A stretch of 64,000 nucleotides of DNA from Geosiphon pyriformis uo1 (taxonomy: Eukaryota; Fungi; Glomeromycota): contig JAAOMT010000328.1 in the NCBI GenBank assembly GCA_016748015.1, forward strand, positions 62,001 through 126,000, written 5' to 3'. Positions 12,103 to 24,901 of this stretch are shown here, piece after piece (the stretch's first letter is position 1; each line of letters opens with the position of its first letter). The position numbers were made by a program, and so were the translations under genes. The notes under the pieces are model-generated. The model saw nothing but the letters and a program-made list of their open reading frames with translations. It was not told where the DNA came from and did no database searches.

Positions 12103-12994
12103 CTACTATTAAGTTTATAATATAATAACCAATTTTATGTTATAATTATTTTACAGTAAAATTAATTTTTTTACAAAAATTTTTATTTGTAAATTCTTAA
12201 TAATATGTAGTTACTTTGTTGTAAAAGTCAATTTTTTTATAAAAAGTTTTAACTATAAATTATTTAATTTATAAAAAAAAAAGAAAAAAAACTAAAATAA
12301 AAAGTAATTTAAAATAAATTAACTAATTAATTTGAGAATATTAATTAAAATTGGAAATTTTAAACAGTAATAATTAGAAAAAAATTTGATGGTTTTTAAA
12401 ATATAAATTTATTAAATTAATTTAGTAACTAATTAATTATTCTAAATTAAGATATATTTTTTTTTATATAATTTATTGTAATATTATTTTATAATTTTAT
12501 ACTTTTTTTTGCTAATTTTTTGGTAAATTACAAGTTATTTTTACAAATTATTAATTATTTTGGTAAACTGTTAAATATTTTATTGAATTTTTAAATATTT
12601 TGGCAGATTTTTAAATGTTATATAGTTTAGAATATTACATAATTTGATTATTACAATTAATTATATTTGTATATTATATAAATTAGATTATCAATTAAAT
12701 AGTAATATTAATAATTTTTATTATTATTAAGATTTAATAAGTGTAATTTAATTACTATCTAATATATAAAGTCAAGACTATAAACCTCAATTAGATGTAA
12801 TTTATGTACTTTCTACATATAACCAGCTATTTAAGCCAGTTCAGACTATACTATATTAATATAACAAAAAAAAATTTACTTAAAGCTAATATTCTTTGAA
12901 CTATATTAAACAATCAAACATTACAAAAAACCAATCCAACCAGTTATTCAGCTGTTTTCAAAAAATCAGTTTTAATATTATTAAGCTTATATGT

Positions 12995-13989
12995 TATTAC
13001 AGGTAAACTTGGTGAATATGGAAAATAGTAACATTTGGTGCTCTCAATTATTGATAATACATTTTCTGTGTAATTTTGTTGGCTTAGTCTTGATTATCAA
13101 TCTCTAAAGATCTATTTCTGGATGTGAATTTACTTGTTGAGTTTTTTAGTTATAAGACACAGAATTTTGTCTTTTGTCAATTGCAATGTTTTCCGTAAAT
13201 GTGAGCTTTCTTCTTCAAGCTAACAAGCACAGTCATTAGGGTCTGGCATTGTCTTTTCACTCTTTTGGTAAACTATCAAGATAATGTTAATATCCAAAAC
13301 TTAGGGGAAGTCTTCTTTTTTTACCAGGCTATCACGAAGTCTATTCCCAGATAATCAATTTTTCTATGTTGCCACTTTACAAGAAAAAAATAAAAAAGAA
13401 AAGAAAATAAAAAAAAAATAAAAGAAAATAAAGAAAATAAAGAAAATAAAAATAAAAAATAAGTGTCTTGTCAATAGCCATAATCAAGAGCTATTGTGCC
13501 AGCAGATTAAGTAGTAGATAATAACATGAATTTGAAAAATTAAAGGAATATTTTATTGATATAATTCCATTTCAGTTGATAGCAACTATCTTTGAAAAGA
13601 AGAGTATTTAATAATTATGATTTGTGAGTTTAATTGACTCTGAAAGTTTAATTAACTTTTAAAAGTCTAATTTTCTCTCTGGATGTCTTTCTAACTTCTA
13701 CAGCTATTCATTTTATACATTTTTTTTGTTCTACAGGATTGCTTCTGATTGTTCTGTTATTGCTAACTATTGCTTTGCTATTTCTGTAATTGCTTCATTT
13801 TTTTACATTATTACTAGTTATCCTATATTATAACATGTTATTACATGTTATTCTGTGTTATCTTATATTATAATGTGTTATTCTAAGTTATAACATGTTA
13901 TCCAATGTTATTGCATGCTATTCTGTATTATGTCATGTTTTGGTCAGGTTTCTTCATAACTTTGAATTAGTTTTTCTATTCGGGTAATA
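12995..13989 (-). repeat. 3' LTR of G3, preceded on the minus strand by PPT AAAAGAGAGGGATAA (14004-13990)
   Basis: Direct repeat of 21546-22550. Confidence 0.95.
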
Positions 13990-14899
13990 TTATCCCTCTC
14001 TTTTAGAATTGAGCTCCTGCGAAATTTTCTAAATTTCTCTCTTGTCTCAATGTTGTTGCCATAATTTCTATTGCTATTATTAAATCTATTTTGGTACGTG
14101 AATGGTGTTTTTTTTTTTAAACTATAGGGGTCTGTCCAAGATATCTAATTTCAAATCCTGTATTCGTATTAGGTGTACATTCAGCCATAATGCTTTCATT
14201 ATTATTACTGAATTGAGTTAATTCTTACTCCATTGTAAGATCTAAAAGTGTGATATATTGTTCAGTGTTTGAAGTGAAGTTTGAATCATTGTTGTCATTG
14301 TTGGCAAAATTTGAATCATCATTGTCGTCATCAGTAGAGTTTGAATTAGGATTAAGTTCTAATTCTAATTCTCACTGATTGGCTCGTCTTCCTTAGAGTT
14401 CAAATATATGACGCATAGAAATGGATTGTGATTTGGGGCCATCAGGTAAGTTTGATGATTTGTTGATCAATTTTGGTACTGCTGATTCTCAAATTCCTTT
14501 TTTTTCTCTAAGTCTTTTTCATATTAACACTTTCCCAACACTGACTTTTGGCACGGAAGAAGACAGTTTTCGTACAGGTAAGTATGAATTTGGGTAGTTT
14601 TTTTTTCTGGAATTTTTCCAATGGGTCTTTAAATAATCAGAGTTTTGAATTTCTAGAGGTTTGACAGGTTTTATCTAAGGTAAGTTTCCTTGTACAATAG
14701 TGGGGTTGGACTTATTGGGTTTCGAATGTTCGGGTTTTGAATGATTAGATTGGCATTTTAACTTTTAATGAGTTTTACTGAAGATAAGTTTTTTTCTACA
14801 CTAGCGGAGTTGGAATTTATTAAGTTTTAAATGTTCGGGTTTTGAACTATCGAGTCTTGAAGAATTGGAGTTTTAATGAGTTTTATCGAAGGTAAGTTG

Positions 14900-15710
14900 T
14901 GAATATTTGGTATGCAAAGAGTACTGAAGATATGAATAAGTCCCATTCTTGTTTGTTCTCTTGACTTATTTTTGCTAATGTTTTACAAAGTGTTTGGTTA
15001 AACTATTCTACCAGTCCGTTCATTTGTGGGTGATATGGTGACAATAGAGGACATTTTATACCAAACTGTTGGCTTAATTCTGTTAGCATATTATTGATGA
15101 AATGTGTTCTTTGGTCAAACAGCAATTCTTTCGGGCATCTATGTCTGCAAATTAGATCTTGGTGTACGAATTTGGCTATTGTTTTGGTGTCAGTTACTTG
15201 GATTGTTCTAGCTTTTGGCCATTTTGTAAAATAGTCTACAGCTACAGTAATGTACTGATTTCCTTTGGATGTAATTGAAAGAGAACCAACTAAATTGATC
15301 CTAATTCTATCAAATAGATTTCCAACTGGAATGGGTTGAAGTGGTTCTGTTGATTTTGTTTCTCTTCTTTGCTGGTATGCATCACAATTAAGCACGTATT
15401 CAAAAATATCTTTGTACATCATTGGCCAATAGTATAAATTTAGTGTTCTTTCAAAGGTAGCATCTTTGTTAAAATGTCTTGACGTTGGATCTAAGTGCAT
15501 GCTATATAGTATAGTTTTTTTTTCACTGTTCTTAATTAGTCGTTATGGGATGGAGTGGTTTCAGTGTTCTTGTCAATATAGTTGGTTGTCTTGAATAAAA
15601 TAATTTCGGGCTTGTTTTCATATGGTACTTTGTTTCTGTTGAGATAATATCTCCTTGAAACATAGTGTCAATAAGTACTAATGTAGTCATTAATAAGTGA
15701 ATATATCCAT
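14900..15710 (-). pseudogene. G3 integrase, own ATG at 15710, truncated after VLFAY
   Basis: MDIFTY start; DYFTKWPKA; DQRTHF; PYHPQMNGLVE. Confidence 0.9.
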
Positions 15711-15720
15711 GAGTCTGAGT

Positions 15721-18700
15721 TTAGGTTTGTGGTATCCTCAACAAACTGTCAGCATTAGTGTTCTTGGATCCTTCCTTGTAATGGACTTTAAGTGGGAATT
15801 GTTGTAGATAAGTACTCCATCTTGCATATTTTCCTTTTAGTTGTAGATTGTTAAGTAACCAAATAAGTTCTTTGTAATCGGTATATAGGTCAAATGGTTG
15901 ACTGAAGTAATGTTTCCAAGTTTGTATAGTCCAATAAATGGCAAGACATTCCAGATCTGTTGTGCTGTAATTTTTTTCTGCTGGGCTCATGCTACAACTG
16001 GTGTAGACAACTGGATGTTCTCTATTGTCCAGTTCTATCTGTAATAAAACTGCTCTTAGAGCATTTTTCGAGACGTCCATAGTGACAATGAACCGTTTAG
16101 TGAAATCTGGGTAAATCAGATTGGGGATATGATTAATCACTACTTAAGATAGTCAAATGCCTTCTGTTGATCTTCCTTCCACAAGTATGATATATATTTG
16201 AACAACAAATAATGAAGTGGTTTTGTAATGTTCGAAAAATCTTTGACAAATTGACAATAATATCCTGCCAATTCTAGAAATTTTCGTAATTTTCTAAAGT
16301 TGATTGGGGCTGGAAAATCCTTGACTTTTTGGACCTTATCTGAATTGGATTTGACTCCATCTTTGCTGATTACATGTCCTAGAAATTTTAACTTGGTTTT
16401 TCCAAAGAAGCATTTATTGGGGTTGAGTTTCAATCCAGCATTACAAAGACATTTGAAGACTTGTTGCAGATGAAGCAAATGATCATTGAATGTTTCAGAG
16501 AAGACATTGGTGTCGTCTAGATATACTATAACTGATTTCCACATAATTTCTTTGTATATGATATCCATGAGGCACTAGAACATGGCAAGAGCATTACAGA
16601 GTCCAAAAGACATTACATTAAACTTGAAGTTTCTGTCTCAAATGGTGAACACTGTTTTTTCTTTGTCTTTGGGGTCTATTTTAACTTGCCAATAATCACT
16701 TGTTAGATCTAATAACGAGAACCATTTCTTTTTTCCTAGATTGTCCAGAATTTTTTAGATGAAAGGAGTGGGATAACTATCTTCTTGTGTGACACTATTT
16801 AGTTTTCAGTAATCTACGCAGAATTGTACTTTTCTATTCTTCTTTGTGACTAATACCACTGGAGAGAACCAAGGGCTTAATGATTCTTTAATCAGTCTAT
16901 TGTCAAGTATTTGTTGTACTTCCTGTTTAATCAGATTATTGCCAGATAGGAGTATGTGGTAAGCTTATTGCTTAATCAGTTAAGTGTCTTCCGTATCAAT
17001 CTAATGCTTTACAATGTTAGTGCATCCAAACTCATTTTTGCTGGCAAAGACATTGGCATACTGATTCAGAAGGACTTTGAGTTGTATTTATTGCAGGGTA
17101 CTTAAGTTTCCTAAATTCAATTTATTGATCTCTTCTGGTATAAACAAGTAACTTTCTTTTGGCAAATTCCATACTTGTGAGATAATGTTATAGAATAAAA
17201 ATAACTGTGCAAAATCTGAAATGGACTGTGGTTTTTCAGGATTCTAAATATCTGCGGATATGAAACCGATGAGAGTCCCTTTAGGGATTTTAATGACATT
17301 TTTTGTCAGGTTGTGGATGAGAATTTTGAAGTGTTTATGGGCTTTAGCCAGTAGGTATAGATTAGCAACATCAGCTAAGGAACAGATTTCAGAACTGGCT
17401 TCGAATAACAGAGCTTAATCTTGGATTTTTTGATTTATCTTGAGAATGTATTGTCGGTATGAGAGAATGGAGATGATGGTGTCAGTGTAGATAAATTCTA
17501 CCTGGTCACTGTCTTCTTCCATGAAATTAACTGATATGTTTCCTCTTCCACTTAATCCAAACCTGTTAATTTCTCAGGCAGTAAGGCTTAATTTTTCTCG
17601 GGTTATTACCAGAGTCAATTGGGGTATTTTGATTAGAAGTAAGAAGATAGTTTGGGCAATCTTTTCTTGTAATTCTATTTTGTAGGATCTGTCTGAATTG
17701 TTCTGTAGCATCATGATGATGTTCCCTGTGTAACCAGCATCAATGATTCCTCCTTTTACGTCGATTTTTTTCTTGGCTAGATTAGATTGAAAGGCAATTT
17801 GTACTATTGACTAACAGAAATTTCTAACACTATCTTAAGATTTATTTTTACAAGGGAATATGGGGCTATAATAATGGGTGATTGTTTAGGGTATCATAGG
17901 TCAAAACTAGCATTAATGTCATGCATTCTTTTGGGACAGATTTCTTTTTCATTGTCACTGTATCATTTTAATTTTAATTTTTTGGATAGGTCAGGATATG
18001 CAAAGTACTACTCTGTTTCAGTAGCCTCATTAGGCTCTTGAAATGGCATGTCCTCAACTATTAACTCGGCTTCTTCTTTGGGTTCTGGTAGCTCGTTAAT
18101 AAGGTGTAATGTTCTTGGCAGTGAATTGAACATGAGGTCACATTTGTCGCAATACTGGAAATGGCAAGAGATTAGGCAATGATCACATAATTTCGTGTTT
18201 AAGTTAGCTAGTCTCTGTTTCTGTTCTTCTCAGGTCTGAACTAATTCTTGGTAATGGTCTTGAAATACATCCAGATCAGTGAGAAAATCTTCAGTGATGT
18301 AATTGGGTCCTTCATATTTAGGTACAAATGGGTTTTCTTTGATTTCTCATATTTCACTGAGTGTGGCACCTAAAGATTTGGCACTTGCTATTCTTTATAT
18401 TTTGTGTTTGTTATGTGGATAGCTGTCCAATCTACTGAGAGCTCGTCTCCAGACAGCTTTGATCAGGGTTCCTTTTCATACCCAATTATTGATCAAGATG
18501 GTATATTGACACACTTCATCACATGTCCCTCTTCTACCAGGTACATTATTCCAGAATTCTTCATCTAACAGGATCTCACTACAGACAAGACATAGTGTAC
18601 TGTCCCATTTGCCTTGTTGTTTCAGTTTTCTGAATCTTTCTATTATACATGGTCTGCAATAGTATTTTGTGGTGGTTGGCCATTCTTTGTTGTCTTTAAT

Positions 18701-21500
18701 ACATGTGCTCATAGTGGATAGCTTCTTTCCATAATCGACACATATTAGTCTTGGAGGTTGGTAAAATAGATGTCTTTGGTCCAAAGTTATGTATCCTATT
18801 AATGACAATTAGAGCTCTTCTTCAGCTCTGCCTTTTCCTTTTTCTTCCCAGATTAGTGGTGGGGGTAGTTTAGTTTGATAGTCATTCACTTATGAAACCT
18901 GATAAGTCTCGATGGTTGGTGGCAGTGGTATGTCTTCGAATTCAATAAGGAGTTCTTCAGTACATTGGGTTTTAAAGTGTTCACACATAGCTAGAACTTG
19001 GGCATGCTGTCTGTTGAATGTAAGTTGAAGTTCTTGGGTGTTTTAGTCGAGAGTAGTGTTGGCTTTTGACAACCAATCGTTTCCTACTAAAGCTTGATAT
19101 TGAGTAGCTTCCATAATGAGTACTTTGGTAGGGATCTGGATTCCATTAATCTCGAAGAAGAAGTTGTCAATTTCTCCTATTGGGGTTTTTGTGTTTCCAT
19201 CCACCATAATGATTCAGACAGTAGCAGTATGGTCTATGAACTGCTTCGTGATTATGCTACTGGCTGATCTGTTATCCAGGATTAACTTAATGTTTATTCC
19301 TCTGACTCTGACATTGGTGTATAGGGCCATTATTGGTTTATTTTGATTGATGACTGCTTCACTAAAAAGACTATGGGTGTTCAAATTATCAATGTCAAAA
19401 AGAAATATGGTGGCTAGAGTGGTGTCCTCAGTAATAGTGACTGGTGGGATGTTGCTTTTTGTTTGCTTGGAAGATTGGGAGATTTATTCTACATCTCTTT
19501 CTTCCACAAATATAAATTTATCAAAACCCTGGTCTTCTGTGAGACCGAAATAGGAAGCTTAATTCAGATATCCAGTTGGTGCTGGTCGAGATTGGACAGA
19601 ACCATGAGGGATTGGTCGAGATGGTCCACTGCTGGTTTGTGTCTGATTGTTATTGGAATTCCTCCATCTCTGATTATAGTCTATAGCTCAAGGTCTGGGC
19701 TGACTGTAAGAGAAAGTTTGATAGTGGGAGATTACTTGTGTCATTGGTGGTAGTTGATAATAATTTTGGGGTGGTGGTTGAGTATACGGAACTTGTTGTG
19801 TGTATTGGGGCAGTTGATTTTGAGATATGAGATATTAGAATATTATGTTTTGTTGATATCTTGGTTGCTGGTATTGGTTTCTTTGATTTTGGTCCATGAT
19901 CTTCTTTCTGCAGTTCTGCGCAATGTGTTCAGATTTCTGGCAGTAGTAACAGTTGTGGGGATTAGTTCTTTAAGGTTGTTGCTGTTGCTGACAGTTCTGT
20001 TGCTATAGGTATTTGTTGTTGTTATTTTCTCTCCATTGTGGTGGTTGATAGGTTCCTGTAGTTCCGGCTAAAAATCCCTCAATTTTCTGAGTTAGTTTCT
20101 CACTCAATTGGGTTATCTTTGTGTTGATGTCTGAGATTCCATTAATGGCTAAATTAACGGCTTAAGTATAGTTCACTTCTTGTTCTGCAGACTCAAAATC
20201 ACAAGTGAGAGTGACAGCATCTTGTAAATTGGTCAGATGGTAGAGTCTTATGGATCTTAGAATACTATTCCGCAATCCTTTAATGAATTGATTAAGAACT
20301 TGTGCTGTAGTGTAGTAGTCTCTTTTGATAGCTAATATTTGACGAAAAATTTGATTAAATCGTCTAAGATAAGTAATTACTGCTTCGTGATCTTTTTGTT
20401 TAATTATGCTGAATTGATTCTGCAATCAGATTAAAGTATTGGGGTCATAAAAGTATTGTAGAAAGGTGAGCTTAAAGGTATTAAAGTTGGTTGGTTTTTC
20501 TGCAAGGCTTTGATACCACAAATCTACAGTTCCAGTTAGAAAAAATGGCAGTGCTTAAATAGCTCTATTATTATCTCAGTTGTTGGCAGTAATTGCTTTC
20601 TCAGCTTTTGCAATCCACAAATACGCATTATCTTTTTTACCAAAGAATTTCTCTAATTTGGTGATATTTCAGTAAGCCATGATCTGGTGGGTAGGTGGAG
20701 TCTTACTGATTAATGCTGGGGGGTTTGGTGTTTGCATGCTAGAGTGTTCTTCTGGTGCTAATTCTGGTTGTTTCCCTTTATTAATTTTCCCAATGGGCTG
20801 GAGGATAGCTGTTTTTTCAGAGATGATGATTGATGATTCAGTCAATGATTGAGTTGGTGGTGGTTCCCATGTTGACGTATTTCTGTCTGTTTTGTTAAGT
20901 GTTGGGGTGAGATTTCCAAACAATAATCCATATTCTTCTAATGATTTGGTTCAGCTATGTTGATTCTAAGGATGTGGATTTCCAGGAGTTTGTGGTGTTT
21001 CTAACTGGGTTTCTGGGAGTGGGTTGAATACAATTCTACTTTGAGGTGTCTGATGATATAATGAAGTTGTTGGGAAGAGGACCCTTGGTTTCTTGTTGAC
21101 TGTGAATTTGTCTTGGGCAGTTGTGGGATTATTAGATCTGTACTTATATTCCTCTGGATCGGATTCTACTGGTTGTTGTACTTGAGGAAATTGTTTTGTT
21201 ATGTAGTGTTTAATGTTCATATCAACTATGCATAGGGTTTTAGCAATTGCTCAAGTAGTGGTAGTTGTTAAGTATCTTAGTAAGCTTTGATAGATTTGTT
21301 CTTCAAGTCTTCCTGTGTCTGTTGCATGGCCTAACAAGCAGTTGATTTTTGCATTGATATAGTTGCAAAAGTCACTTTTTGTGATGGTGGTTTCTGCTAG
21401 TATTCCTAGATCTTTTCGAAAGTATTGAAATAGTGCTCTTCCATATGAAGAGTGGTTCTTTTCTATTGTTCTAATAGTCGCCACTTTTGTGTATCTCTGG
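15721..21500 (-). pseudogene. G3 gag-pol (Gag with CCHC knuckle, PR, Cys-rich domain, dUTPase ~17560-17960, RT, RNase H)
   Basis: CYYCQKSEHIAQNC; LILDNRSAS; GGIIDAGYTG; YLDD; YSTTDLECLAI; NADSLLR. Confidence 0.92.
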
Positions 21501-21526
21501 GGTGCTCTGTCTTTGTGGATTTATAA

Positions 21527-21543
21527 CCTCACAGGAAGCACCA
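21527..21543 (-). other. Primer-binding site of G3 (TGGTGCTTCCTGTGAGG)
   Basis: Starts 2 nt after the LTR end and is complementary to a tRNA-like 3' end CCUCACAGGAAGCACCA. Identity uncertain (elongator Met/Ile-like). Confidence 0.8.
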
Positions 21544-21545
21544 AA

Positions 21546-22550
21546 TGTTATGAGTAAACTTGGTGGGTATGGGAAATGGTAATATTTGGTGCTCTCAATT
21601 ATTGATGATGCATTTTCTGCATAATTTTGTTGGCTTAGTCTTGATTATCAGTCTCTGAAGATCTATTCCTGGATGTAAATTTACTTGTTGAGTTCTTTAG
21701 TTATAAGGCACAGAGTTTTGTCTTTTGTCAATTGTAACATTTTCCGTAAATGTGAGCTTTCTTCTTCAAGCTAATGAGCACAGTCATTAGGGTCTGGCAT
21801 TGTCTTTTCGCCCTTCTGGTAAGCTATCAAGATAATGTTAATATCCAAAACTTAGGGGTAGCCTTCTTTTTTTACCAGGCTATCACAAAGTCTATTCCCA
21901 GACAGTCAATTTTCCTATGTTGTCACTCCACAAGAAAAAAATAAAAAATAAAAAAAAATAAAAAAAAATAAAAAAAAATAAAAAAAATAAAAATAAGAAA
22001 TAAGTGTCTTGTCAATAGCCGTGATCAAGAGCTATTGTGCCAGCAGATTAAGTAGTGGATAATAACATGAATTTGAAGAATTAAAGAGATATTTTATTGA
22101 TATAATTTCATTTCAGTTGATAGCAACTATCTTTGAAAGAAGGAGTATTTAATAATTATGACCTGCAAGTCTAATTGACTCTGAGAGTTTAATTGACTTT
22201 TAAAAGTCTAATTTTCTCTCTGGATGTCTTTCTAACTTCTACAGCTACTCATTTTATACATTTTTTTTGTTCTACAGGATTGTTTCTGATTGTTCTGTTA
22301 TTGCTAACTATTGCTTTGCTATTTCTGTAATTGTTTTGTTTTTTTATGTTATTACTAGTTATTCTATGTTATAACATGTTATCTGGTATTATTACATGTT
22401 ATTCTGTGTTATCTTACATTATAACACATTATCTTGCATTATTCTAAGTTATAACATGTTATTCAATGTTATTGCACACTATTCTGTATTATGTCACGTT
22501 TTGGTTATATTTTTTCATAATTTTGGATTGGTTTTTTTACTTGGGTAACA
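21546..22550 (-). repeat. 5' LTR of G3
   Basis: Termini TGTTA...TAACA; direct repeat of 12995-13989. Confidence 0.95.
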
Positions 22551-24901
22551 ATGTCCAAAAAAACATTAAGTTAGAAAATATATTATTATCAATGCCAATT
22601 GGAATTTTTAAGTCACCAAACATATCAACATTATCTATACAGTACTTTATTTTTAACAAGATTATTTTTTTTTCTAATTTATTAACAATTTTGCTGAAAA
22701 AATTCAGATGAATTATAAGTTTATTAATCTTAAGACTAAAAACACTGCTTGAAGCCAAATTACTCTTAATAAACTGTTCAAATATAGTAACTAATATATT
22801 AATAAGCTTAATAATTAATTCAACCAAAACCAACTACTTATTCAAATTAGATTTCAGAGACATTAGCCAAAAAGAAATCAAAAAATTACCAATAATTACA
22901 GAAAAAAGAGCAAAAGTTACCAAAAAAAAAATCCAACAGAATTCAGAAAAACAGAGATTTTAGCATAAAAAACACTATTCACAAAATATGATTTGAATAT
23001 CTTAAGAGTCTTGGAAGAAAGAAGTAATAAAACTTTGCAGTTTACTGTTAAATGATTTATCTTTTAATATTTAAAACAGCACCAACAACCAAGAATCTCC
23101 TATTAGATATAGCACTTCCTTAGCATACTAGTCTTAAAAACTACAACATTCAAATCAACTTGGAAACCAAAAATAACCAGAGCTAACTAAAAACAATAAC
23201 CAGAATTAGAGAAACAAGAAATAAAACATTTTTAACTACTAATTTAAAAAATCATATCACTAATTTTAAAAGCAATACAGCCAGAGAAAAGATTAATTAA
23301 CTTGGTCTTAAACCTATTACAAAACAAATAGTCTTATTTTGATTTATCAAAAAAAAAATTTTAATAATATTTTTATTCACTAAAACTAACCAATAATTCA
23401 AAGCAGACACAACAAAGTCTAATTTAACAAAGTAAACAACTACATATTACAAAATGCCAGCAAATTTCAGCATAACATAAACAATTTCACCAAACACATT
23501 AAGAGTTGTTTTAATGTTAACAGCAGATACATTCAAAGACATATTATATAGTACAATAGCAATAAAAGAGAAACCAGTCTCAGAAACCACCAAGAACTTA
23601 GTAATTTTAAGAATGACCAAATAAACAGAACTTGTAAGCTCAACCAAAAAAGCAGTTTTCAAAGACTTTTAAGAAGCAAACTCCATATAGAAAAGTTTTA
23701 TATTATTTTTTAATATTAATTTTACATTCAAAAAACCATATACAGATTGAAAAACAGTCTTAATATAAGTCAATTTGATCTTAAAAATAGCACTAAGCAT
23801 TAGAGTAGAAACCATTTACCTAACAAATCTTTGATAACTAACAATAGTTTTCTAAACACTATTAATAACAGCACCAAAAACCAGAAGAAAAATTGAATCA
23901 GTTTCCAACTATTGTTTTGCTTTTAAACCAGTAATAATTTGCCAAAAAAAATCATATTTGGCAATATAGTTAATAGTTAATCTTGGTTTATTTTGAACAA
24001 TATACTAAATAATACAACAAAAATCTTATTTAAAACTTTATTAGAAATCACAAAAAAGTTCAGTGTAACAATAATAGAAGCAAACAACTGCTCTTATTTT
24101 TTTAAACTTTTGGTCTTTTTGATCATTTTTTTTGAAGAAAAAATACTAGTAGCACTTAGTATTAAAATTATAAAAGAAAAAACCAGCTTGTTGACTAGTT
24201 TATTATTAAAAACTTTTGGGTTCTTTGAAGAGATAGAGGCAACACTGAGATTAACCCAAGTGTGTTTCTTTGAGGAGACTTTAACTGATAAAAAATCAGC
24301 TAAAAATGAAGAAAATGCTTTAAAAGCCACCAAAAACAGTTTTTCATTATAAATATTTAAGAGAAAAGCTTTTAAAATATTCTGTTTAATAGCTTTTATA
24401 ACAGAAAAAGCTTTTTTGATAAAAATTTTATTAAATATCTCAAAAATAATATTGGATAAAGTTTTTTTACTCTTTGTTCTAATCATAATTATAAAACTAA
24501 AAAAACAAAAAGTTTTTTATGTATTCTTAATAATTTAATAAATTAATAAGTAATAAATTAAAATAATAATATATGTTAATTAATAATAAAAATTATAAAT
24601 GTAATTTTATATTAATTAATAGCTTAGATTTTTATTGGTAATACTAATTAATATTTTTATTTTTAAAAATTATTATATTATTATAAAAAAAAATCTTAAA
24701 TCAATATAAAACAACTAAAATAATATTAACAGTTTAAGTAATTTATTATAAAATATGTTAAAAATCTAACCAAAATCTTTTTTTTGTCGATTTCCTGGCC
24801 ACTATGAAAGCAAAAAATTTTGTGGAAAAGTCACTTTACTTTATTTTCTTTTCTCTTTGTTTATTCAAGTTATTTCTTTTAATATAACCCCTTTCATTGT
24901 G

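Larger units (their letters stand above)
12995..22550 (-). mobile_element. Ty3/Gypsy element G3 with two LTRs (9556 bp), degenerate, integrase 3'-truncated
   Basis: LTR pair 21546-22550 and 12995-13989; 4-bp TSD ATGT (12991-12994, 22551-22554); PBS; PPT; gag, PR, Cys-rich, dUTPase, RT, RH and IN relics. Confidence 0.96.
12718..24520 (-). mobile_element. Non-autonomous ORF1-only retroelement (HAL1-like), split by G3
   Basis: Single degenerate ORF (24486 to ~12855) with an RRM-like segment and a zinc-knuckle relic, running directly into the LINE-type 3' UTR and A-rich tail. Flanked by TTAATAATTT at 12708-12717 and 24527-24536. Confidence 0.75.
11091..24643 (-). repeat. Decayed family-A solo LTR in three pieces (11091-11230, 12103-12717, 24521-24643)
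   Basis: Pieces match the reverse complement of 6298-7309. Termini TGTTATT...GGTAATA; flanks TTAA/CTAA (4-bp TSD with one transition). Confidence 0.7.

Noticed and set aside
19116-20008. Hydrophobic plus-strand ORFs (also 7730-8241, 22466-22711, 52970-53230, 58643-59020)
   Set aside because: Antisense or off-frame shadows of TE or host coding sequence.
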